From IMG/VR virus record IMGVR_UViG_3300011113_000415: a stretch of DNA of 64,000 bases; one strand, written 5' to 3'. The notes below the pieces were generated by a model. It was not told the origin of the DNA, made no database searches, and saw only the letters and a program-made list of their open reading frames with translations. This document shows positions 30,455-39,826 of this stretch, in pieces. This stretch comes from a virus. Its lineage: Duplodnaviria; Caudoviricetes. The position numbers and the translations under genes are program-made. Within the stretch, counting starts at the first letter, position 1. Each line of letters begins with the position of its first letter.

Positions 30455-30682
30455 ATGACAGCACAATCAGCCAATGGTGTTCGCGGACATCTACTAAACT
30501 TGATCGACGGAACTGTAGTGTTTCGTGTGTATGATGCTGAACACAACTTTGTGGACTATGATCTGCATCACAGTGATTTGTGTGTGACCATCGACGATCC
30601 TGATGCATATTTTTATCATCGGGATGGTCAGGACATACTGGATCATGCTCCTATGACATTAGGAATTGAAAATGATACTTGA
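30455..30682 (+). CDS. hypothetical phage protein
   Basis: abuts previous stop. Confidence 0.6.
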   Translation: MTAQSANGVRGHLLNLIDGTVVFRVYDAEHNFVDYDLHHSDLCVTIDDPDAYFYHRDGQDILDHAPMTLGIENDT

Positions 30683-30787
30683 AATATTTTTAGCAGGAAT
30701 GATCACTGCCTTTGGGTGGTGGACCAGCACACACTATATTATTGAACCTTATTTTCCACCACCCATTGAAAAGAAAGTGGAACAAAA

Positions 30788-31228
30788 ATGAAAATCGGAC
30801 TCAGTTACAGTCGTTGTGTTCGTGACATTGTGGACGGTACAGTAGACATCGATGATGTTCTTGTATTAATCACTCGTACAGATTTTGATCCGCATGATGA
30901 CAAGCAATGGTCGGGCATTTGGATTGGTTACGGCGGTGGCACGGACAATGGATACACTACAGGATTCTTTAGTCAGAGCAATCCTGAATGGGCTGGTTAC
31001 CACGACGAAGACCGTTTCCGTAGTGTCAGTATCGAACTTTGGGAAACAGGTAAGTTGCACCAACCACGTAAGTTTGGTGTAAAGCCTGCTCGTCGTCCTG
31101 AAATATGGTTGGAAACTGTGTTACCTGATTCAGAGATGATGAATCGTCCCGCAGTGAAAGATGCCTGGGACCAGTTCCAGACCATTGCAGGTTTGACCAA
31201 CACCAAACTGGATCGAGAATACAGATGA
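30788..31228 (+). CDS. hypothetical phage protein
   Basis: MKIGLSYSRCVRDIV start; in operon. Confidence 0.65.
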   Translation: MKIGLSYSRCVRDIVDGTVDIDDVLVLITRTDFDPHDDKQWSGIWIGYGGGTDNGYTTGFFSQSNPEWAGYHDEDRFRSVSIELWETGKLHQPRKFGVKPARRPEIWLETVLPDSEMMNRPAVKDAWDQFQTIAGLTNTKLDREYR

Positions 31229-31240
31229 AGGAGAACAAGA

Positions 31241-32476
31241 GTGCCTAAAAAACCCAAAACAGCAAAAGTAGAAACTGTAAATCCTGAGCATGACAAACTC
31301 CTGGAGGTGCTAAAGTTTACTCCACGTACCTACAAGATCAGCATGTGGGGTTATGGTGGCGAAAAAGTCATGGGCACAGTGGATAAGAAAGTTTGGGACT
31401 ACTGCATGGAGCATCAAGTTGACTTGTCTGACATTGCCTGGGGCGATGAAGATACAGTTACGAGCATGGGTCTTGATCCTGACATGTTGCCATTCTCTGC
31501 AGGGTCATGGTATGAGTGTGACGACCTAGCGCACACCAATGGTGTAAGTCGCGATGCTGGCACATTAGAAATTCAAGACGAGCATGGCAATACAGTTTTC
31601 CAGAGAAGTCTAGAAGATTGTAACAACGACGACGAAGATAACCCGGAGTGGTCATGTAGTGACGAAGTATGGGTTGGTCGAGCCGAAGCAGGTAAGGTTG
31701 TGTTTGTTGGTAGCAGTAACGAAAAAGGCACATTCTATGAGTCGGATGTTGAACTTCGACAACCATTTGATATTACCAAATTAACACTATGCTACGAAGA
31801 AATCGACGGTGAAGAAATTGTCAATGGTGTAATATACGATGGCGAAGAACTTGACAACTGGGGTGGTAGCACAGATGGTAAGAGTTCAGACTTTACCATG
31901 TGTTTGGTCAAAGAAAATGGCGAGTGGGATCGTTACGAACCAGAAGAAAAAGACTGGGGTCATCCTCCACATGGTACTAGTCCAAGTACCTGGGAAAGTT
32001 CACCCAAGTTTGTGTTTAAAAAACAAAAACCTACCATACCAGGTTACTATAGTGTGAACTGGGGCGGTGGCAGTACATATGGTAGTCTGTATTGGAACGG
32101 AGAAGCATTTGGCGAATGGGAATACGGCAAGTTTAATCCAGTAAGACAAGAGGGTGTAAAAACTTGGAGTGGTTACAACTGGGATACCAGCAGTTGGGTC
32201 AATCAACCTCCTGAACCAGCGGACGTCATGTGCGACAATAAAAAATGTGGCTGGGTTGGTCGAAGTGAAGATCGTCGAGAGGATGATGACTACAACGACC
32301 ATTGTCCTGCGTGTGATGGCACATCATTTACCTGGATTGATTACGACCCTAACACCAAAGAAGGTCGTAAAAATCGTGATAAGTATTGTTTAAAGTGGGA
32401 TCCGGTAGTGGCACTAGAAAGAATTGTGGCACCGGTGGATGATACACAGGCCAAATGGCCAACTAATAGACCTTAA
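31241..32476 (+). CDS. acidic multi-domain hypothetical protein with Zn-ribbon
   Basis: AAGGAG RBS and GTG start; CDNKKC...CPAC near the C-terminus. Confidence 0.6.
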   Translation: MPKKPKTAKVETVNPEHDKLLEVLKFTPRTYKISMWGYGGEKVMGTVDKKVWDYCMEHQVDLSDIAWGDEDTVTSMGLDPDMLPFSAGSWYECDDLAHTNGVSRDAGTLEIQDEHGNTVFQRSLEDCNNDDEDNPEWSCSDEVWVGRAEAGKVVFVGSSNEKGTFYESDVELRQPFDITKLTLCYEEIDGEEIVNGVIYDGEELDNWGGSTDGKSSDFTMCLVKENGEWDRYEPEEKDWGHPPHGTSPSTWESSPKFVFKKQKPTIPGYYSVNWGGGSTYGSLYWNGEAFGEWEYGKFNPVRQEGVKTWSGYNWDTSSWVNQPPEPADVMCDNKKCGWVGRSEDRREDDDYNDHCPACDGTSFTWIDYDPNTKEGRKNRDKYCLKWDPVVALERIVAPVDDTQAKWPTNRP

Positions 32477-32487
32477 AGGAGAAAACT

Positions 32488-33171
32488 ATGTTTACTACAA
32501 CTTATAACGATACTTATCGTTCGGCAGAAGAAATCAATACTGCCATGGGCCGTGTTTACGGACACATGAGTCTAGCAGTGCTTGTGTCAATGCTTGTGAG
32601 TTACTTGGTAGGTTCTAGTCCAGAGTTGCTACAGTTCTTTTTTACTGGCGTAATGAAATGGATTGTGATCTTTGCACCCTTGGCGGCCATATTTGGTGTG
32701 AGCATGGTGCTGGGCAACAATCCAAGTAAACCAGTAGCACAGTTATGCCTACACGGCTTTGCGGCATTGATGGGACTGAGTTTCTCAATGATCTTTGCTG
32801 TGTTTGCCATGGGATCGATTGTGAGTGCCTTCATGGGGTCAGCCATCTTGTTTGGTGTCATGAGTGGCTATGGATACTTTACCAAACGCAGTCTTGAGAG
32901 TATGGGACAGTTTATGTTTATTGGTTTGATCGCCATCTGTATTGCCAGTATTGTGAACATCTTTATTGGCAGCACCGTGATGCAGATGGTGATCTCCGCA
33001 TTGGCTATCATTATCTTCTTGGGCCTTACTGCCTATGACACACAACAGATCCGCGAAGAACTCATGTACGAAACCAGCGATGCCGCGGAAGTGCGTGGTG
33101 CGCTAACGTTGTACATGGACTTTATCAACTTGTTCTTGAATTTGTTACAACTGTTCGGAGATAGGAAATAA
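32488..33171 (+). CDS. yccA: Bax inhibitor-1/YccA family membrane protein
   Basis: seven hydrophobic segments; AYDTQQI and GALTLYMDFINLF motifs. Confidence 0.88.
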   Translation: MFTTTYNDTYRSAEEINTAMGRVYGHMSLAVLVSMLVSYLVGSSPELLQFFFTGVMKWIVIFAPLAAIFGVSMVLGNNPSKPVAQLCLHGFAALMGLSFSMIFAVFAMGSIVSAFMGSAILFGVMSGYGYFTKRSLESMGQFMFIGLIAICIASIVNIFIGSTVMQMVISALAIIIFLGLTAYDTQQIREELMYETSDAAEVRGALTLYMDFINLFLNLLQLFGDRK

Positions 33172-33173
33172 TC

Positions 33174-33557
33174 ATGGCAACTTGGGTACTAACAACACTG
33201 GAAAAGAAAAACGTCGTAGAGACTGAGTTCTGGAGCAAGGACGGAAAAACTATCAAACGCAGTACCGGCTTTCGTTGGGGCACAGTCTATTGTGAAAGCG
33301 ATGAACGGCCTGATATTGATTTAGAGAATCCTGATGGATTAGACGTATTCAATACTGACTATGACTTTGAACTAGACAACCTAGATGATGGTTGCTGGGT
33401 AGACGTTGAATATCCTGAAGACATGAGCGAAGAAGAACAAGAACGCATGGATGAACTCTGGGAAGAAGAAGGTTACGATGCCTGGGAAGGCGAAGGCTGG
33501 TCAAACGATGACACAGAGACTTGGTTCAATGGACCATTGGGATTGGAGGAGCAATGA
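33174..33557 (+). CDS. highly acidic hypothetical protein
   Basis: about 30% Asp/Glu by hand count. Confidence 0.65.
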   Translation: MATWVLTTLEKKNVVETEFWSKDGKTIKRSTGFRWGTVYCESDERPDIDLENPDGLDVFNTDYDFELDNLDDGCWVDVEYPEDMSEEEQERMDELWEEEGYDAWEGEGWSNDDTETWFNGPLGLEEQ

Positions 33558-33874
33558 AAACACTAAATGAAGTTTGGGCACTTGCGGAATCTTTAAACGA
33601 AGAAGCACACTCTGATGCATGGGATAGTTGGATAGCCGCCGATGAGATGGAAGAGTCGGAAGAAGATGAAGATGGCACTTCAGCAGAACAACTGCGCGAA
33701 GAAGCCAGTGATGAACAGGCTGGCTACTTTCGAGACTATTACTGGGATCTAAACGCGGAAGATCAAACAGCAATCAAGCATTGGCTTAAAGAGGATGAAT
33801 CGTTTCGAGATCAGTTTAGTACTTGGTTTGGCTACGATGCATTTGAAGAAGAGTTTGACGTAGAAGACAAATAA
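33554..33874 (+). CDS. highly acidic hypothetical protein
   Basis: GGAGG RBS and ATGA overlap give start 33554; about one third Asp/Glu. Confidence 0.65.
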   Translation: MKTLNEVWALAESLNEEAHSDAWDSWIAADEMEESEEDEDGTSAEQLREEASDEQAGYFRDYYWDLNAEDQTAIKHWLKEDESFRDQFSTWFGYDAFEEEFDVEDK

Positions 33875-33878
33875 ATTA

Positions 33879-33908
33879 TTGACACAGCCACCACTTTCCT
33901 TGTATAAT
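33879..33908 (+). promoter_or_regulatory. sigma70-type promoter
   Basis: TTGACA-N18-TATAAT. Confidence 0.75.
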
Positions 33909-33914
33909 GTCTAT

Positions 33915-34080
33915 GTGCATGAGCAAGGAGATTGGTGGCGATCTAATGGTGTGAGCGGGGTGATTCGATAACCCGGGCCCGACACAACCGTGGCAGGTAG
34001 ATATAATGCCCACAAGGTTGAGACACTGTCCAAGACTTAGAAATAGGTCAAAACCGACTGATACTCGGTGTATGCTCAAG
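33915..34080 (+). ncRNA. candidate structured non-coding RNA or long leader
   Basis: ORF-free on +, GC-richer, outer stem TGAGCA/TGCTCA, several internal hairpins including a GAAA tetraloop. Confidence 0.55.
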
Positions 34081-34108
34081 TTGGAAATCACAGTGAAAGG
34101 AACGTTAA

Positions 34109-34435
34109 ATGTCTGTTAAAATAGAAGCCACTGATTCCATGCTTCAATCCCTTGACTCTCTTAGAACAACGGCCTTGCCCATGCACAAATTATATTTCGA
34201 ACTGTCAAGTGTTGACGCATGGTATGCCATCATGCGTGAAGCACGAGCACAGTTCGGGCAGAACTGGCGTTGTCAACGTCATGTCAAACGCAGATTGGAA
34301 CGTGCGCATATCTGGAATCCACCAGGCACCGCAGAGCGTGTTTGGTTTGAAGTGCCAGATCCTGCTTTTGGCACCTGGGTAGCCATTAAACATGCTGTAC
34401 GGGTAGTGGGTGCCCCAATAAATAAAGATCTATGA
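34109..34435 (+). CDS. hypothetical phage protein
   Basis: GAAAGGA RBS. Confidence 0.65.
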   Translation: MSVKIEATDSMLQSLDSLRTTALPMHKLYFELSSVDAWYAIMREARAQFGQNWRCQRHVKRRLERAHIWNPPGTAERVWFEVPDPAFGTWVAIKHAVRVVGAPINKDL

Positions 34436-36063
34436 TATTTGGTTTAGGTATCTTGGCCACTGCACTATTACTGAGTGTGGTGGCCGCTTACTACTCGGTA
34501 GCAGGTTTGACTGCTATCTTCTCAGCGGCCACGATACCAGTTATCATCATGGGTGCCAGTTTGGAACTAGGCAAAATTGTGGCCACAGTATGGTTGCACA
34601 ACAACTGGAAACGTGCCGGCATCATATTCAAACTGTATCTCATACCCGCGGTAGCATTTCTCATGCTACTGACTTCCATGGGTATCTTTGGATATCTCTC
34701 CAAAGCACACTCAGACCAAAGCCTGGTGTCGGGTGATGCTGTGGCCAAGGTTGCCATCTATGATGAAAAGATCAAGATATCCAAAGAAAACATAGATGCC
34801 AACCGTCGCGCTCTCAAACAAATGGACGAAGCCGTTGATCAGGTCATGGGCCGATCAACTGATGAAAAAGGTGCCGACAAGGCCGTGGCCATTCGCAGAA
34901 GCCAGCAACGCGAACGTGCCAGAATGTTGGCCGAAATTGAAACTGAACAGAAAAAGATAACCAGCCTAAACGAAGAACGAGCACCACTTGCGGCCGAATT
35001 CCGCAAGGTTGAGTCGGAAGTGGGTCCAATCAAATACATTGCGGCCTTGGTTTATGGCGACAATCCAGATCAAAACATACTTGAACGAGCGGTACGACTG
35101 GTCATCATCATGATTGTGCTGGTGTTTGATCCACTGGCCCTGACTCTGATTTTGGCTGCCAACAAACAGTTTGAGTGGGCACGACAAGGCACAGGAGGGT
35201 TCATACACGATGATCCCCCACCCCAGTATCCACCAGATGATGGCCCACTCACTGAAGATCAACTAGATCAAATACAAGCCAGTGCGGATCCACATCCACC
35301 CGGTTGGATGTTTAGAGATGATGCGGTCCAACCCGAGCCACCACCACCGCCCGACGATCCTATACCTTGTTACAAATGTGGCACACCTTTGGTAGACGCT
35401 CCCGGCATAGGCCTGTTCTGCCCTAACAAATCCTGTGATGTGATTGACAATGTGTCAGGAGAAGAGCCTGTTGAATTAACGGCACCAGTTAACTATCAAT
35501 TTTTGGATGAGCATCATGAACCAGACCTTCATGTGTATAATGACGAACGCTTGGTCAGTCGCTTTGACAAAATTCAAAGCGCGGAACGTCCAGGCGATTA
35601 TTTGACACCACCTGATGAAGAAACTGATGCTGAAAAAGAAGCCAAACGTCAATGGAAAAGTAAACATCCTGGCGAGACTGTGAAAGAACAAAGACGACTG
35701 CATGAAACAGGTGCAATCAACAGTTTGCCTTGGCAGGACTATATAAATCTGCAGGCCGACAATGACGGCATGCTGTTGAAGACGGGTCAATTGAAAGGCT
35801 TTGGAATTCGTTTCCCTGACAATCCTGTCAAGGGAGATTCATTCATTAGAGTGGATCAATTGCCCAGTGCTTTGTACAAGTACAATGGCATGAAATGGAT
35901 TGAAGTTGACAAAGGTCTCAGTGATCAATATGCCTATGACACAGCCTATATAGATCACTTAATTGACAAACTAACAACAGGCGAGTACGATCCTGAATTG
36001 CTGAATGACGCAGAAAGAGAACAAGTGGCACAACGCTTACAAAACAATACCAAGGGTGCATGA
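34432..36063 (+). CDS. membrane-anchored coiled-coil protein with Pro-rich/Zn-ribbon tail
   Basis: three N-terminal TM helices, long coiled coil, fourth TM, CYKC...FCPNKSC. Confidence 0.65.
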   Translation: MIFGLGILATALLLSVVAAYYSVAGLTAIFSAATIPVIIMGASLELGKIVATVWLHNNWKRAGIIFKLYLIPAVAFLMLLTSMGIFGYLSKAHSDQSLVSGDAVAKVAIYDEKIKISKENIDANRRALKQMDEAVDQVMGRSTDEKGADKAVAIRRSQQRERARMLAEIETEQKKITSLNEERAPLAAEFRKVESEVGPIKYIAALVYGDNPDQNILERAVRLVIIMIVLVFDPLALTLILAANKQFEWARQGTGGFIHDDPPPQYPPDDGPLTEDQLDQIQASADPHPPGWMFRDDAVQPEPPPPPDDPIPCYKCGTPLVDAPGIGLFCPNKSCDVIDNVSGEEPVELTAPVNYQFLDEHHEPDLHVYNDERLVSRFDKIQSAERPGDYLTPPDEETDAEKEAKRQWKSKHPGETVKEQRRLHETGAINSLPWQDYINLQADNDGMLLKTGQLKGFGIRFPDNPVKGDSFIRVDQLPSALYKYNGMKWIEVDKGLSDQYAYDTAYIDHLIDKLTTGEYDPELLNDAEREQVAQRLQNNTKGA

Positions 36064-37271
36064 TGGCATCTGATTTGCACAACACCTGCAGTTTTTGCGG
36101 CAAACACAAAGACTCAGTCAAAAAACTCATAGTAGGCGAAAAAGTAGGCATCTGCAATGAGTGTGTGGATTTTTGTCAAGGTTTGTTGATTGATGATTCT
36201 CCAAGATCCACAGATGCTGAACAGACACAACCAAGAAAACTGGACCCCATAGCACTCAAACAATATCTAGATCAGTATGTGATTGGCCAAGATTCAGCCA
36301 AGATCATGTTGAGTGTGGCCATTGTAAATCACTACAAGCGCATCAACAAAACTACTACAGAACCCGAACTGGAAAAGGCCAATGTGCTCATGTTGGGCCC
36401 CACAGGTTCAGGCAAGACCTTGTTGGCCAAATCAGTGGCACGCTATCTCGATGTGCCGTTTGCCATTGCTGATGCCACCAGCATAACCGAAGCAGGTTAT
36501 GTGGGCGACGATGTAGAAAGTTTGATCACCAGATTGTACACAGCCGCTGATGGAGATGTAAACAGAACACAACGTGGCATTGTGTTTGTGGACGAAATTG
36601 ACAAGATTGCTCGCAAAGGTGAAAGCACTTCAATCACAAGAGATGTATCAGGAGAAGGTGTACAACAAGCCTTGCTGAAAATGGTGGAAGGCACTGTGTG
36701 TCGCATACCAGCCGGAGGTGGCCGCAAACACCCATCCGGAGACATGATTGAAATTGATACTAGAAATATCTTGTTCATTGCCGGCGGTGCGTTTGTAGGC
36801 TTGGACTCAATTGTTAAGAATCGTGTGCAAGGAACTTCAATTGGATTTGGTGCTCGAGTAGAAAGTGATTCAAATGCTGACCTTGTGTTGACCACGCCTG
36901 ATGACTTGGTCAAGTATGGCATGATTCCCGAGTTCGTGGGACGTTTTCCCAACTGGGTCAGTTTGCAAGAACTCACCAAACAGGATCTTGTACACATTTT
37001 AACTGAGGTCAAAAACAACTATATCGAGCAGTACCAATGGCTATTTGCTGAAGATGGCGTCGAATTGCAATTCTCAAACGATGCTTTAGATACCATTGCT
37101 GAACGCACACTTGAAAGCCGAACAGGTGCTCGAGGACTACACAGCGAACTGGAACGTGTGCTGATGCCACACATGTACAATCTCAAACGCTATTCTGGAA
37201 TGGGAATAAAGTGCGTACAAATTGATCCTGTTTTGGTAAATATTCCTACAGCACTAGAAGGAACAAATTGA
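36060..37271 (+). CDS. clpX: ClpX AAA+ unfoldase
   Basis: CSFCGK..CNEC zinc finger, [17 protein letters not shown] loop, IGF loop, TGARGL. Confidence 0.96.
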   Translation: MMASDLHNTCSFCGKHKDSVKKLIVGEKVGICNECVDFCQGLLIDDSPRSTDAEQTQPRKLDPIALKQYLDQYVIGQDSAKIMLSVAIVNHYKRINKTTTEPELEKANVLMLGPTGSGKTLLAKSVARYLDVPFAIADATSITEAGYVGDDVESLITRLYTAADGDVNRTQRGIVFVDEIDKIARKGESTSITRDVSGEGVQQALLKMVEGTVCRIPAGGGRKHPSGDMIEIDTRNILFIAGGAFVGLDSIVKNRVQGTSIGFGARVESDSNADLVLTTPDDLVKYGMIPEFVGRFPNWVSLQELTKQDLVHILTEVKNNYIEQYQWLFAEDGVELQFSNDALDTIAERTLESRTGARGLHSELERVLMPHMYNLKRYSGMGIKCVQIDPVLVNIPTALEGTN

Positions 37272-37489
37272 AACTACACGGAAGATCAGTACTGGTACAA
37301 GATGGCAACGTTGAGCGAGCCCTGCGTAAATTCAAAAAGAAAATTGCAGAATCCAATCTCATAAACGATCTGCGCGACAGAGAATTTTACGAAAAACCCA
37401 CTACCACACGCAAACGCAAAAAGTCAGCGGCTCGAAATCGCTGGCGCAAAAAACTGGCAGAGCAACAACTGCCCCGAAAACTCTACTGA
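37268..37489 (+). CDS. rpsU: ribosomal protein bS21
   Basis: [12 protein letters not shown]...[22 protein letters not shown]; TTG start; TAAATA at 37238. Confidence 0.9.
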   Translation: MKLHGRSVLVQDGNVERALRKFKKKIAESNLINDLRDREFYEKPTTTRKRKKSAARNRWRKKLAEQQLPRKLY

Positions 37490-37746
37490 TGTTTATCGAA
37501 TTCCAACTGCCCACTGGTTCTGCCGGTATGGCAGCAGGGATGGCCCTACAAAGAATACGTCGAGAACTCAAGTCCTGGAGTGATCGCTACGATATTGCCT
37601 ACACCAGCAAAACCGTAAAATACACACATCGAGTGTGTTTTGATTCGGACAGCCTGTACGATTTTTTTGTAATGAGTTGGAATCCCAAAGGCATTGATTA
37701 TTTGAATAGATATGTGGTTGTATCTGACCGAAATAATAGACCATAA
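37489..37746 (+). CDS. hypothetical phage protein
   Basis: TGATG coupling to rpsU. Confidence 0.6.
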   Translation: MFIEFQLPTGSAGMAAGMALQRIRRELKSWSDRYDIAYTSKTVKYTHRVCFDSDSLYDFFVMSWNPKGIDYLNRYVVVSDRNNRP

Positions 37747-37759
37747 ATGAGATTTCGTG

Positions 37760-37829
37760 TATAAATAACATTGTAAGACGCCGATGGTCGGGTTTTACAT
37801 AGTCATAACTTGCTTAATAGGAGAAAAAC
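37760..37829 (+). promoter_or_regulatory. late promoter plus structured hsp20 leader
   Basis: TATAAATA; hairpin TGTAAGAC-G-CCGA-TGG-TCGG-GTTTTACA; AACTTGCTTAATAGGAGAA. Confidence 0.7.
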
Positions 37830-38261
37830 ATGACAAAAATCACATCTTTAGATCTCACCCCTTTCTACCGTAACACAATTGGCATGGACCGCCTGTTTGA
37901 CAGGATTGTCAGTCAATTTGATCATGCTACGCAGACCAACTATCCACCCTATGACATTGTCAAAACAGGGGACGACAGTTATGAAATTCGTGTGGCAGTG
38001 GCCGGCTTTGGCCAAGGTGAAGTTGACGTGACTTTCCATGAAGGTCAGTTGGTTATCACTGGCGAAAAGCGCACGGAAGAAAATGTCAACTATCTACATC
38101 ACGGCATCAGTGCTAGAAAATTTACACGCAGTTTTCAACTGGCAGAGTATGTGGAAGTTAAATCAGCAATTGCCCAGGATGGCATTCTCACAGTGTGTTT
38201 AGAACGCACGGTGCCCGAAACAGCCAAGCCTAAAACTATTGCTATCACCTACACTTCCTAA
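37830..38261 (+). CDS. hsp20: small heat shock protein Hsp20 (IbpA-like)
   Basis: NYPPYDI, VAVAGF, YLHHGISARKFTRSF, DGIL. Confidence 0.93.
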   Translation: MTKITSLDLTPFYRNTIGMDRLFDRIVSQFDHATQTNYPPYDIVKTGDDSYEIRVAVAGFGQGEVDVTFHEGQLVITGEKRTEENVNYLHHGISARKFTRSFQLAEYVEVKSAIAQDGILTVCLERTVPETAKPKTIAITYTS

Positions 38262-38277
38262 TATAATTGTGTAAATA

Positions 38278-38302
38278 CAGTAGCGGGACTGTCCCGCTAC
38301 TG
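38278..38302. repeat. 25-bp near-perfect palindrome right after TAAATA
   Basis: CAGTAGCGGGAC-T-GTCCCGCTACTG. Confidence 0.85.
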
Positions 38303-38320
38303 AATCAACAAGGATCATTT

Positions 38321-38629
38321 ATGTCGCAAGCAGAAACAGTTGTAGCCACAAGAACACGAACTTCAGTTAAAGAACCCTGTTTATATCGGGTTATCTATCT
38401 CAATGACAACACAACCACCATGGAATTTGTGGTAGAAACCTTGATAGAATTCTTTGGATACACAGAAGAAACAGCCGCACAGATCACAGTTGACATACAC
38501 GATGCAGGATCAGCCACTGTGGCAGTGTTGCCATATGAGATTGCCGAACAAAAAGGTGGAGAAGTTACACTCAGTGCTAGATCACAGAACTTTCCGCTTC
38601 AGGTCAGAATCGAGCCCGACACAGCCTAG
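38321..38629 (+). CDS. clpS: N-degron adaptor ClpS
   Basis: YRVIYLNDNTTTMEFVV, IHDAG, YEIAEQK, FPLQVRIE; AAGGA RBS gives start 38321. Confidence 0.88.
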   Translation: MSQAETVVATRTRTSVKEPCLYRVIYLNDNTTTMEFVVETLIEFFGYTEETAAQITVDIHDAGSATVAVLPYEIAEQKGGEVTLSARSQNFPLQVRIEPDTA

Positions 38630-39433
38630 TCACCAGGCAATTTCAATGCGTTTGGGGTAGTACACATGGTTGCGATGCGGAGTGTCTCCGCGACCGCGAC
38701 AGTTGTTCACGTAACGTATGTTGTTCAGAACTCGATCCACGGAACCATGATAATGTCCAAAACACCAGGTATGAATTTTGCGTTCTGTATCATTGGTATG
38801 CACCATGTGCATGAGTCTGTTGCCCATGGCGTTGAAATGATAATTTCCTGCTAGATCTATATCATGCTGTATCAACTGGGCTTCAGGTACTGTATGAGTC
38901 ACAATTACAATTTTTTTCACATCTTGATGAGTTTGTAGTCTTTGCACACTGCTTACCAAATAAGCCGCATCTGTTCTACTGGCATCGAGAATCCTTTGTG
39001 TATCTACTGTGATCTCAGGGTGATGTGCTTCATAACGATTTTTCATCCATTGTTGTGAACCTTCCAGATCTAAATTTTCGTCTAGATCAAAACCCCACCA
39101 GCCATTGGTTCCCAGAATAGCCACACCATCAATCACAACAACATTTTCTTGTAGATAAGTTACTCTTGGTATTCTGCGTATGGCCTGATTCAATCGTGCA
39201 TAACTGGCGCCAAGATCGTCCAGTTGAAACCGATGCTCATCGTTGCCATCTATGTAAAATACTGCGGCATAACACTCAGAAACATGTTTCAGAAACTTCC
39301 TCACTTGAGCATGATCTCGGGCAATATCCCCGGCTACCACGCACACAGGACTGGTGGCCTGACCAGAAAAGTTCAGTTCATCGTTCCAGGTTTCCAAATG
39401 CAAATCGGAAATTAAATCAAATGCCATTGTCAT
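38630..39433 (-). CDS. calcineurin-like metallophosphoesterase
   Basis: ISDLH, AGD, GNDEH, THTVP, FGHYH. Confidence 0.85.
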   Translation of the reverse strand: MTMAFDLISDLHLETWNDELNFSGQATSPVCVVAGDIARDHAQVRKFLKHVSECYAAVFYIDGNDEHRFQLDDLGASYARLNQAIRRIPRVTYLQENVVVIDGVAILGTNGWWGFDLDENLDLEGSQQWMKNRYEAHHPEITVDTQRILDASRTDAAYLVSSVQRLQTHQDVKKIVIVTHTVPEAQLIQHDIDLAGNYHFNAMGNRLMHMVHTNDTERKIHTWCFGHYHGSVDRVLNNIRYVNNCRGRGDTPHRNHVYYPKRIEIAW

Positions 39434-39457
39434 GATACATATTTAAAAGGAAATGCA

Positions 39458-39826
39458 ATGAACATAATATTTGGATTAGATTCGGTAAAGCCGCTCGAAG
39501 AACGTTACACTGTACTGGAATTAGACACCTTTAATTTACTGCCAACCAATGAGGTAATCACTGCCTACTGTCTGGTAGAAACAATACCCTTAGAAGAAAT
39601 GCCGGCGATTGAGAGTCTCAAACAACAACATCAAAATCTCATGGCCGAATACAAAAAACAGAACTGGCGCTACTGTGAAGATGCCATTGCACATTTAACT
39701 GGCAAATGGGGCGGTGAAGTAAACAGTTTTTACGCTGAATTGTATCAGCGTATACAAACTCTCAAACAAGAGAATCTTCCCGAGAACTGGACTGGTCGTG
39801 TTGATAAGATTGTCGAAGTTGTCTAG
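39458..39826 (+). CDS. hypothetical phage protein
   Basis: AAGGA RBS; divergent from the phosphoesterase. Confidence 0.6.
   Translation: MNIIFGLDSVKPLEERYTVLELDTFNLLPTNEVITAYCLVETIPLEEMPAIESLKQQHQNLMAEYKKQNWRYCEDAIAHLTGKWGGEVNSFYAELYQRIQTLKQENLPENWTGRVDKIVEVV

Noticed and set aside
33915-34080. tRNA, TPP riboswitch or hammerhead identity for the structured RNA
   Set aside because: It contains only fragments (TTCGATA, GGGGTG, CTGATA); the required conserved cores and spacing are missing.
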